From Vermamoeba vermiformis (lineage: Eukaryota): a stretch of 64,000 bases of DNA. Both the position numbers and the translations under genes were made by a program. The notes beneath the pieces were generated by a model. That model ran no database searches and was not told where the DNA came from. It was given only the letters and a program-made list of their open reading frames with translations. The stretch spans positions 186,001 through 250,000 of the forward strand of contig JBEWZL010000294.1 in assembly GCA_045837725.1 (NCBI GenBank), given 5' to 3'. Below, piece by piece: positions 47,780 to 59,593 of the stretch. The first letter of the stretch is position 1, and every line of letters begins with the position of its first letter.

Positions 47780-48529
47780 TTCTATCTTGTACAGCGCCTT
47801 ATTGTAATATATACAACCCCTTAACCAGCCATCGATAGCTTATATACGTACGAGATGTCGTCTAAAGAAGTACACCGCAAACAAGCAACATCGACCGTGC
47901 ACCCGGCCGCGGCAAGGTTCTAGCCGTTACCTCAAATTACAGAAGTGATTACTGGACCTTATAATACGGTACATATCAATGCATGATGAAAAAAGCGAGA
48001 ATACATAGATCATAATACTCTGAGGCTACAAATTGTAACACGGAGCAAACGCCATCCGCGCGAAGGGGCGCATCTACGATCGCTTAGAAGGCCAATAGTT
48101 GAAGATCGCAAGCAGCCAAAATTCTCCATAAATATCAGCAACGTATATCTGCTATGAACCGTCGTACAGCTTAGAGTTCGATCTGCCACAGATTTGGCAA
48201 CGGGGATGTTGGCTTTGTTGCCCAGACAAACTCGTGCCAATAAAGCGATCGAATGCGACATTCATACATCTACGAGAAGGAGGAAAATGCCTTGTGTTCG
48301 TAGCGCGTGATAAATAATATTGATAATTGCACGGGCCCAATCAATCGCGTGCGAGACAGAAAAAAAAACTGACGAATAAGGGACTAGTCCAAGCAACAAA
48401 CAAAACTTGAATCATCCCGTCCAGTAAAACAACCACCCCCAACCCACCGAACACCTCAGTTCTCCTCTATTTCGACTAGTTCGGAATTATTTTCGCATTT
48501 GATCGAAACGGAGTTAAATCAAGTCCAAC

Positions 48530-50707
48530 ATGACTACCTTGGAACCTGGACCAGACTTTACAATCAATAACCGCTGGGTTCTTGGTGCTAAAATAGCCAG
48601 CGGTGGCTTTGGAGCTATTTATAAAGGTATGTCCGCGTAACAACAGATAGTTTCAAATGCATTCAGAATCAAGCTTGGACCGATGATTAACCAAATTTTA
48701 ACCCTAGGCGTCGACTTAAAAACAAAAGAAGATGTTGCCATTAAAGTTGTAAGTCTTCGTTTTAACTTTTTACCGTTTTTAAACTCGGATGAGCTCCATC
48801 GAATCTGTGGCTTATTTCTGTCACTTTAGGAAAGTCGCAAAGAGAGAAACTACCTCGAAAAAGAGGCTCAGATGTACACAGACCTCTCAAAAGCAACAAG
48901 TAAGCACCAAGACTCCTCACACGAATTTCAAATTCCAAACCATCCAATAATTGATCCTGCGCTATTAAATCTCCGTATTTGTCCGTGGCTCCGCGACCTT
49001 ATGCACATAATCAATAGTTACCATCACGATATCCATCAAATAATGCATTTCGGGGTGCATAATCAGTGCTAGCTTGATCGAGAGACACGGCAAAGAAAAT
49101 TCGTTTCTTTTTGAAGATTCTTGCAATCATTTTTCAAAAGATACATAACAATAGCACATCAAATGTACATCGCGAGGATCGAACATTTATAATGCGGATG
49201 TGGCTAGTTTAAACAGTTTAACTTGCTGGGTGCACATCTAACTAAATTAACCAGTCCTCATAGGTGAAGAAGAAGACATCGGCGTACCTAGAGTAAGATG
49301 GTACGGCAAAGAAGGCCTTTTCCGCGTTGTCGTCTTAGATTTGATGGGTCCTAGCCTTTCGGATCTTTTCTACAGCGTTGGCAAGCAATTCTCGCTAAAA
49401 ACGACCTTGATGCTCGCTGAACAGATGGTAAGCATTGATTCAATATCGATTAAGATCCTATAATTGCTTCAGTAAATCACTAAGATCATCATTATTGATT
49501 TACGGATGGAATTTATGAATCTGTCGCTAACTTTCCTTAATAGATCAACCGCCTTGAATTTGTCCACAAGAAGCGCATTGTTCATCGTGACGTTAAGCCC
49601 GGTAACTTTGTAAGTATTTCAAGCTTGAATAAGTTCATGAAATTCAGCGGCTTATTATTGATTGTGTAGGTGATGGGCTTGGGTCGTAACGAAGGCAAAG
49701 TGTTTATTATTGATTTTGGTCTGTCAAACTACTATCAAGATCTAGCTGGTAAACACATTGGCTACAACGAAGACGCATCTTTCCACGGCACTCACCGCTA
49801 CGCATCTGTAAATAGTCATTTCAAAGTTGGTAAGTATTTGGCGTTAAACTCAAGCTTTTATATTGAATTTTTAGCAAGCGTTGCATCATTTAAAATAGTG
49901 ACAAATCTAACGTCTCATCCAGAACAAAGCAGAAGAGATGATCTCGAATCACTCGGCTATGTCCTCGTGTACTTCTTGCGCGGTGGATTGCCTTGGCAAA
50001 ACGTTAAGGCCAAGAAAAAGAAGAGAAGAGTCGTTATTGGTGAAATGAAGCGCGAACTCTCGATCGAGCAGCTGACTGCCGGTTTGCCCAGCGAATTTGC
50101 TACTTACATGCATTACGTCCGAGGACTTAACTTCTTGGACGTGCCTGACTACGAGTACATGCGCCGCTTGTTCCGCACTTGCATGCTCAAACACCAATTC
50201 GCGCCTGACGGCAAGTTTGATTGGTCTGCCAAGCCCAGCGCAGTTACTGCTAGCGTGTCCACGGCAGTCACCGCTGCTCCACTCCTCACTGGCGTCACTC
50301 AGTCTTACATGCAGCCCAGTTTGTTGCCGTCTTTGCAAACCTTGGCAGCGCTCGACCAACAACATCGCCTCTTCTCGGGAGATCCATTAGCCATTGCGCC
50401 GTCACTGCCGCTGTTGACTCCGATGCATCAGATCATGCCCTCAATGCCGCAGATCATGCCCAATCTGATGACCTATCAATCAAAGCCCATCGCCATTGCA
50501 CCTGCTTCGTACCCGCCCTTGACGGTGTCTATTCCTCAAGCCTCGATCAAGCAGGCCATCACAGCCACGGCCTCGAGTGTCACAATCACACCTGCTGTCG
50601 CTGCGACTGCTGGCCCTGTTACACGCAAGCGAAAGGCAGCTGAAATCGAGCCCAAACAACAGCCCCAACGCAATGTACGCCGAACCCGCGCCACTGCACA
50701 GAAATAG
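48530..50707 (+). CDS. Casein kinase 1 family Ser/Thr kinase
   Basis: [75 protein letters not shown] and LPWQ, with a low-complexity basic tail. Confidence 0.95.
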
Positions 50708-50888
50708 ATGTGCAATGAACACCCCATGTAATATAGAGTACATAGTCTTTTTTATTTAACCACCCCTTCTTCTTGCCAACCAACCCTGCGAAACCGGATT
50801 TAAAACCTGACTTGTAAATAAACTTGTTCGGAATTTAAAAATTAGCTTGCGTTAAATCTATTTCACATTTTATTCTGTACAATTGCTA

Positions 50889-53085
50889 CTATGACGCTAG
50901 AATCATTTTCAAAGCATCAACTAATAGGCCAGGAGTTTCATTCATCGCATCTGGATCTTGATCTGAGTCCGAAAGTATAGCACGCATTAAATACTCTTCC
51001 AACGGAGCAAAGAATGGCTTGGTATCGGCGAAAGACGCCAAGTTCTTGATTACAGCAGCAGCTTTCAATGCAATGTCGCTCTCTTCTTTGGCGTGTTCTG
51101 CCAGCAGTTCTGTCACGTGTCGCAGCAAGTTTTTAACTTTGCAGAAATTGACTGCAGTAGCACTGGGCAGATTGGCTGTGAGATGCATAATCGCGGTGAT
51201 TGCTAGCCCTTGAATATCGAGTTCTTCGTGCGAGGCCAACAATGCGCTCAATTCATGCGCCAGTGTTTGCAACAATTCTTCGTGTTTGTGAATCATCGCT
51301 GCGTTCTCCGGCACCGCTGTGAAGTTCGCAAAGAATTCAATTGCAAAGTTCCTTCGTGTGTTGTCGATGTCTGTCATGTCATCTTTGATGAACGAGACGA
51401 ACAGTGGCAGCGCTTTCTCGGCCAATTCATCGCCTGTAAAGTATCGCGAGCACGGGGCTAACATGTCTCGCAAATTGGTTGTGAATTCTTTTTGATCCAG
51501 GGCAATGTTGTCGTATTCAATGAACAGTCGCGAGCACTGATCTGCATCGTGACTGTGTGCTTGCAAATTTGTCGCGTCTTCAATAATCCGTGTGAAGATG
51601 AATGTAATTAACTTCTTGTTCTCGGCCAGTACTTTGTGATTGGCTCCAATAGCCACTAAATTCCGCAATACTTGTGTGATTTTGACTAACTTTGACTTGT
51701 TACTTTGTTGTTGCAAATTAAATATCCGTTCTCTTCGTTCTACGCGTGTATTTCCATTCTTAGTATTGTCTGCTGTGACTGTATTGTACAATTGCACCAA
51801 ATAATCCACCAGCGGATCCAAGAGTCCGATGGCACTCACTGTAAGATCAATGCCATTTTCATACGACTTTAAGAGCAATAAATTGATAGCAACTTGTTTG
51901 TCTGATTCGCTGCCCCACATGAATATTTGTCTGATTTTTTTGTACAAGAAGTTATCTGATATCGCAAGTAATTAATAACACCGAATAAGAAACAACCAAG
52001 TCGTTAAACTACCTTTGTTGAGCAGTGAAGATTGAGCAGGGATAGGTGTTCTAGTGTAATCTAATACGGACGAGTTAGCACGAGTAACAAGAGTGGCAAG
52101 AGTGCGTACCTCGAGTGTGGGACGTGAGCATGAAAGGATTGTGCAGCGGTGTGATTTGACCGAGTGAGGTCGAGCCACTGATTGGCTGTGACTTGGGACG
52201 GTCACTGACACGCGGTGTGCTTGGCGGCGATGACATGGTGACAGGGGCACTGAACCCCCCTGGTGAGTTAGGAGGTGATGCCTCGTCGAATAAGAGCTCG
52301 TATTTGCCGCCTTGTTTCTTTTTTGGCGTGTAATCAATACCGTCGTCTGGCAGTCCAAACAGATGCACCCTGAAAATGGATTAGCACCCAGCAGAACAGA
52401 ATAACGACCGCTAAAATGTTTAAAAGAATTATTTTAGATGCTATTTCATGGTTTTACCTTTCGTAAGCATAGAGATACTTCATATAATGAATACGCAAAG
52501 TGAATCCAGCGTTAGTACACGTCTTCGGGAAGTTAAATACACGAGCTACGTTCTTCCAATTTTTCCCTTCAATTACATGCTGCAGTCCGCCTTGGCGAGC
52601 GACTTCGGTGTATAATAAAAATAGATCGACTTCTCTGTGACCTTTATAGCGGTAATTAGATTCGATTCGAGTAATTCCATAATAATTTAAATAGCAGTAC
52701 TTGGGTATATTATTAACTTACCTAATTGTGGGACACGACCGATAGGAGTCCTACGAAAAAAAATAATTATTGATTAATTCTAATTGCTGCGGTAAATACA
52801 AATAGCGATAGCAATAAATTATATTACGCATTAAAAAATGTTATAAAATATTTTGAGCCTATTGAAAACTTCTGAAATTTAACGGATGCGTAAAATATGC
52901 TAGGTGAATTGCTTGCGTTAATATTTGATTGATAGATTAACATACTTTCGCTTTTTCATAAATGTAAATAAGTGGTCGGCAAAGGCCTTTCGTTCCATGT
53001 CTGGATCGACGGGATTGACCCACGGATGGTTTGCCGCAAACCGAGCCGCCAATAACGGGTCTTCGAACTGAAGCATGCCCGTCAT
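50889..53085 (-). CDS. ARID domain + armadillo-repeat protein (SWI/SNF ARID1/ARID2-like)
   Basis: FADHLFTFMKKR|TPIGRVPQLG|HREVDLFLLYTEVARQGG...WKNVARVFNFPKTCTNAGFTLRIHYMKYLYAYE is an ARID domain. The C-terminal half is helical and ARM-like. Confidence 0.82.
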
Positions 53086-53239
53086 GTTGGTTACTTTAAA
53101 GTTACAATAAAACGTTTTGTTCTTAGCTTCGTTCCCAATTGGCGTCCACTAGCGTGTCCACCCTGGTTGATTTTTTGTGGATCCTGTCCCGAGTTTAGTT
53201 TACAATCTATCAAGAAACAACTACAATATTGCACGCAAG

Positions 53240-56200
53240 ATGAATTCCGAAGAACAGTGAGTTGAACTAAGTCACCAAAAAAAGTCTTACTAGCGACGCG
53301 ATCGCGTCGAGCAGGGCTGGCTTACGGCTTGGTAAACCAACCAAACGATTTATGCAACATCCCGACAGCAAATATAACCACTCGTTAATTGAAATTCTAA
53401 ATTGACGATGCAAAATCTAAAGTTTTACGTTTTATTTTTATTATTATTTCTAATGATTTTTTCAGCAAAGGCCTCGATCTGCAACGCGCAACCCCGCTCC
53501 AAAAAGCCATATACGATAAAGACATAAATCGAGTGAAAGAAATTATTCCTCAGCTTGACGCCAAGCAGCTAAAATGGGAGCTAATCCACTCTAAGTTGGA
53601 TATGCTTTCCAGCACGAGTTTGGTAATTGTTTTGCCCCTGACGAAATATATATAGCAAGCCAAATCTAACTTTTTTCTTAAGGCTCTCAAGTTTGATCGT
53701 ACGCGCCAAATTGCTTCGTACATTCTTCGCTTTGTTGTTGATCCCGAGAAGGTCGAGGAACAAAGCGTACTAACATGGTTCCAGCTGTTTGGTACGTAAC
53801 GCACGTCGTAACTGTCGTAGTCATTACTGACAGCACCTCTATCGATAGAGCTGACAGATAAAATGTATCGACACTTCCAAGCGCATCTAACGTCAAAACG
53901 CATGGCTACGGTGCTGATGGGTCTGCGGCCGTACATTCAAAACGATGAGCTCGAGTTAAATGAACTCGTCGCGAGACCAAAGTTCTTCAAAGCTGCCTGG
54001 ATGCTCGGTGCCAAATACGTTCCCAAGTATCACGGTAAGGGACGTGATGTCACTCGTGCCAGTCTAATCACTTTGACAGGGGACTCCTTTGCCTCGCATG
54101 TGTACTGGGCTCAAAACATTACTAGGCCCGAGAAAAGGAAGCTGTTTGATTGGATGCGCAGTGTTAGCATGTACCACGCGAACCCGTTGGACTTTGACAT
54201 TCAAGCCGAACTCACCTCGGGCACTGCCGCACGGAGCCGTTGTGATTTCTTAATGCACCTCCCGCAAGAGAAAGGTACGTAGCGTCGTCAAGCAAGTGAC
54301 GCGGTGTCTAACGGCTGAACAGAGTGGGACGAGGAAGGCTTCAACTTGTTCCACTGCGCCGCATACAGACGAAAACCGTCTTCGTTTTATGGCGCAGTCA
54401 CTCATTACAGTGTTGTGGGCTATCCAAAAAACTTTATTGTAGATATGCTGTTGCTCAAGTAAGTCTTGACCATCGGACACGTATCAGTGGGATTAATCGG
54501 CGATCGCAGAAATGTTCACGGAATCACGCCATTGTCTGTAGCGTTGATCAAACACGCCATGACGGATTATCTCGTATTCCCTAAAGGTAAGGCGAGAACT
54601 ATTATTAGATAATACGCCAATTAACCAACAAATATTCTCACTCAGAGGTCACTCTTGCTATTCGCAAAATAGTGAAAACTGGAGCCCTCGAGTTGATCGA
54701 GCCCGTTTTCAATTCACACGTGATGCGCTATTGTAAGCCCTTCGTGTACTACTTGTACTCGAGTGGCGTGACACCAGAGATGTTCTCTAAGGCCTTTGGA
54801 GATCGATACGGCAATCCGTTTGAAGAGGCATTGACGACTCACGCGAGTTATCAACCACCCAGCGAGTCAAATGCCATGGAGACCTACGACCCCACGGCAC
54901 CGTCGTTCAATATCGACGAGTTACTGACCGAGCTCGTTTATGAGATAGCGATGCTGTTGAGTCCCGAAGATATGTTCAGCCTGTTCACCGTGTCCAAGAA
55001 GCTGACGAAGCTCTTGCGCCAGCCAAATGACGTGTTCTGGAACAAATATCACGCGGCTCATTATCATCCGTTGAATGCACCTTGTCCTTCACTGAGACAA
55101 CGTGTCATTTTAGAGGTCAAGTAAGGCTGCATTGTCTAATTTTAAAGGGTCACACTCATACTTGTTTAAGGGGTCGACGCAACTGGCAGTCAAACAAGTA
55201 TCACGATTTGAAATTGAAAAAGCACCATTTCTCGGTCATGGATGACAACTGGATGATTTTATCGACGAGAAACACCTCTCTTGACGAGGCATTTTTGAAA
55301 AGCAAACCAATTCGTGTGTCGTATCACTATTGGAACTGCCACACGCAGCAGATGCACCGTGGAAATGAGGACTTGGGAGTATTTCCTAGTTTGATACTGA
55401 GCAACTACAATTACAACAGTAGCGCAGGCCCCGTGTACTTTGGCGATGGCAGTCTTGACGGGAAGTACCGAATCGTTCGCGGCCAAGAAGTGATTGACTG
55501 CACGGCCCTGGAAGAATTCTTGGTTGGCAGACCAGCGACACCGTACTTCCGCATCAACTACGAGCTGATCGATCATCGCATGTTTGTCAGTGAGCGTGAG
55601 TATAACAAGCATTGTTGATCAGTACGAGGGACTCATATTGCAATACATGACAGGCTCAGCAATCTATGACCCAGAGTGCGACAAGATTGTTGGTCACTTG
55701 TCCAGTGTGCCAGCCTTCCACTTCACAGCTCGATATGGCACTTACTTGCCGTACTCCAAACAAATGTTGGTGCTTAACAACAACATCGAAGTGGAGCTTT
55801 ACGACTTGAACCACAACAGAGTAGCCACATTGCCCTCGATGGTCGGACTGGACCGCGTGCCAGTGCAAGTCGACGAGCACACCCTCGCTTATTACTACAT
55901 CGCTGAGTCCCATCACAAAATTGGGTTTTTTGATCTGCGCATGAACCAGTTCGTCGAGCATTTGGGAGATCACATCAAGGTAATGCATTGAGTTGTATGT
56001 ATGCGGGGTCTAATTTCCTCCCAGCAACTGGTCAACATTCCAACAGTGAGCTTGAACGGCGAGCGAGTTATATTCGGACATCCAACGCTACGCATCATCA
56101 CTTCGTGGAACCTTCGCACACGTCGTTGGGAGTTTGTGGACGACAATTGGTTCTTTCCGAGCGCGTGCAATCAACGCTATCTCGTTGGTGATTATGGAGA

Positions 56201-56249
56201 CAGCGTTATTATTCGTGACTTTTGCTCAAACAGCATTAAGTATGACTAA
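53240..56249 (+). CDS. Ankyrin-like repeats + internal F-box + beta-rich C-terminal domain (start uncertain; could be two genes)
   Basis: TPLQKAIYDKDINRVKEII, GFNLFHCAA and HGITPLSVAL are ankyrin-like. IDELLTELVYEIAMLLSPEDMFSLFTVSKKL...FWNK fits an F-box. The C-terminus is beta-strand-rich. Confidence 0.55.
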
Positions 56250-56561
56250 CGATGACGTTTGTGTTGCAATAAATATATTTGGTACGTTAATTCGTTGTGT
56301 CGCATAGAACTACTAACTGAGGGTGTTTCGACATTTCAGACTAAAAGGTATTATTTTACGTAAAACAATCTGAACACAATTGCGATGGACATTATTTTCA
56401 CTAACGCTCTAGTGGATAATGGAGCACAATATTGAAAATGTAAGCTCCTCTTCGGATCCAGTGCCAAGATGCTTTCTATGAGACTCCTATGTATTCGGAC
56501 ATTCAACACTACAGTGTTGTAATTCGTGACTTTTGTTCAAGCCCATTAAGCGACTACTCAT

Positions 56562-57977
56562 TCAGTGAATCACTTGTTCACTGAACGATGCACTGGAGTT
56601 AGTCGCCAGTGCCGACTCGATCTGCTGCAGCCAATCAACAATCTCTTTGTGAAATTCTTCGTGCTTCTCTAGCATCACTAAGTGACTACCGCCAGGTATC
56701 ACAACGACTTTTGAATGTTCACCGCTCAATTTAGCGCGAAATTGCTGCTCTGAAAACCTATCACAAAACAGCTTCGGTGAGCCCCTGAGTCATCACGCAA
56801 TCTATTTTTATGACTTACCTAAAGTCATGCTCGCCGACTATGACAAGCTTAGGAATATTAGGCACCGCTAGACAATCAGCATAGTACTGCGCATCGAGTC
56901 CAGTCATGACCTCGACACATTCAGACCAGCGATCGTAAATCATTTCTGTGCGCAAGCAACATTCTTTCAACTTGGCCTATCGATTGTATTATTAGTACTG
57001 CTCTTAGTATACGATATTGTAGTTCGAACCTGGTCGCAAGTCTTCGCGTATTTGTTCCACACAAATAACGCTTGTTTGTTGCGCGGAGTTAATTTGTAGA
57101 CAAATGAAATCAAGCCAGACATCAGTTTAGACACTAATAGGCGTTAGAATAATTCTGTCTAAACATGCAGTTACGTACTAGTCCCAAACCATTCGTTCAT
57201 TGCGCCTCCAACGATAATTGCCTCGCACAATTCTGGATGTGTTCGAGCGAAACTCATAGCTACGTAGCCGCCCATTGAATAGCCAAAAATAATTGCTTTC
57301 TTATTAGGCGTATGATCTAATATCATGTCGCGTACAGCTTCAAGTGCTGTCTGTTTTGATAATTTCTCTTTGTAGCGAGATCCAAGCCCTAAAATGAAAA
57401 AGAGCAGTTATAGGCAAATTTCCATGGAAATATAGTATCTTATAATTACTACATACCAGGCAAGTCCATCGTAATCACTCTGTAGTATTTTGACAGCTCT
57501 TTAAATGTGAAATGCATTGCTTGCCTTGATCCCAATGCTCCAGATAATAAAATAATCGTGTGCTTATAGTCATCATTGGGGCTGGCTATTTCAACTAAAA
57601 TTGACGAATTTGTAAGTATCATCGGTTGCTGGAAAAGTCACTTACAATTTCGCGAGTAATCTAGACTTGAATGACGGGTCATACAGCCCTCGCATACGCG
57701 TTGAGGAATGTCAGAAGGATAGTCAAATTGTTCTATAAGATTGCCGTGAATAAACTAATTTATAACGGACATTGGATCTACCATTGATTAATTAAATACC
57801 TGGTAGAGTAATAAAATGATCGGCACAAGTCGTGCAAAATATTAATCCACATGCCCGACAATTTGTTTTGCGAGAAAATAAGCCAAAAGACGAATTGCAC
57901 TGGTTACACTGTGCAGCGTCCTGCTTCTTTTGTAGATGCGGCTTGATCTTTTGAGTCTGATTGGTTTGGACTTCCAT
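56562..57977 (-). CDS. FYVE-like zinc finger fused to an alpha/beta hydrolase
   Basis: CNQC..FGLFSRKTNCRACGLIFCTTC...RVCEGC, then YRVITMDLPG, GYSMGG nucleophile elbow, LVIVGEHD and GGSHL. Confidence 0.8.
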
Positions 57978-58447
57978 CGTGTTTTATGTTTGAATCGAGC
58001 TGAAAAATGAACTTAACCGACGGCTCAAACATTTGACATGCGTCAAGTTTTTTTTGGCGCTAAAATGCTACTTCGAATTAACCGCAGCCTCCTAAGAACG
58101 AGAGAGAACCTTCATTCTCCTGAGTTTTTATCAAAATAGAGAACTTGCATGTTTCTCTTACCCGCGTTGCAATCCATTGCACCAAGTCGACCGTACGCAG
58201 CTATTTTTAGAACTGGATCCGCACAGGAAGTGCCCAGTTTTTCGAAACCACGGAAACTTGATTGAATGAGTCGCGAACAGGAGCGTCTTGATGTTTCTGA
58301 AAGATTTGTCATCATTTGAAGCGAGTTCTCTTCAAAAACGAGATCTGGCCAATCATTGCGGAGCTTGTTCAGTGAACCGTCATTTGAACAGACTTAAAAG
58401 CGCGAACAATTTCCGTCATTTCTATGCTTCTGCGCAACACCACGATC

Positions 58448-59502
58448 ATGGAGCAACTTCTCAAACACCTTAATCTTCAAAGGCCAGAGAAAGAGAAAGT
58501 CCGACTGAACGTCAATGTCAAAGAGGAGCTGGTTCGTCTCCTGCGCGTTTGTAAGTGCTCTTAGAATACTTACTTCAATTACTAATTATATTTAGATTTA
58601 GCTTTTCATAGCGGCGCTGTAGCTATCGCAAGCGGCAGGGAACGTATGTTCGATCGCATCCACTCTACTTGTTGACTTACCTTCCTTCAGTTCCAAGCGA
58701 AATACAAAGAATCCTTGAAAGCTTGCGAGGTAAAATATCCATGATGTACTTAACCCTTCACCGTGGAGTTACGGTGATCCCGCGTTTGGAGACTTTGGAA
58801 AAAGCTCGCGTCACTGAGAAAGCTGGTAAGCCTATTAAATATAGCGTGCTAGCAACTGAACGTACCAATTCTCATCTATTAGGTCCTCGTTTGTATCGCA
58901 TCAACCAAGATCTAGCTTCTCGTCCGCATTTCAAGATCTTGAAAACTCAAGTGCTTGGCCGTGCGTCTTATGCCCCCTTGACCAAGGTAGCCGTGCAATA
59001 CAATAGCAACGAGATGAACAGCACGTACAAGAACCTTGAAGAGCTGCGCACTTTCCTTCAAGCCGTGTTGCCCGTTGTAACGCATCTGGACACGACCGCC
59101 AAGCCAGAGATCATCGAAGACTGGATCAACAGCGTTGCTCTCGACTCACCTACTTCTCATCGTGCGTGGCTTGCCATCGACGACAAGCTCGGCGACAAGG
59201 CAGAGCGCGCCAAGCTGAACAATCTCCTGCAAGTGTTGTTCGAGGCGGAAGAGAAGCTCGCTGTGTTGGTGCATCGCTTCTCCGACACTGCCGCAGACCA
59301 CAAGAAGGTGCTCGGAGTCATCGAAGTGGCCATCTTTGCCGCGAAGAAGTTGCCGACGGCCCAGCTGCGCAAGGTGCTTGACAAGTTGAAAGGGCAGCTC
59401 TGTTTCTTGCACGGAGCGCACGTCGTCTCGTTCATCGCGAAGAGTGACACCAACGATCAGGTCTTCATGCTTGGTGACGGCGACTCCGAGAAGCCTCTCT
59501 AA
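58448..59502 (+). CDS. Hypothetical protein, multi-exon
   Basis: ATG at 58448, short GT-AG introns and a long final exon with coding-like codon bias. No family recognised. Confidence 0.6.
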
Positions 59503-59593
59503 CTATTTCTCGATGTGTTTCTGATTAGTCTTAGACTCACCTGTAACTAAAATTTTGCCTATTTTGTGCAACTCCAAATCGATTCCTTTACTT

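Noticed and set aside
53294-53309. Perfect 16-bp palindrome CGACGCGATCGCGTCG containing the cyanobacterial HIP1 word
   Set aside because: Single occurrence, probably inside a small exon; GCGATCGC is not iterated in this window.
56561-56585. Hairpin TTCAGTGAA...TTCACTGAA as a terminator
   Set aside because: It overlaps the last codons of a eukaryotic gene, where intrinsic terminators are not expected, and a single short stem can arise by chance.
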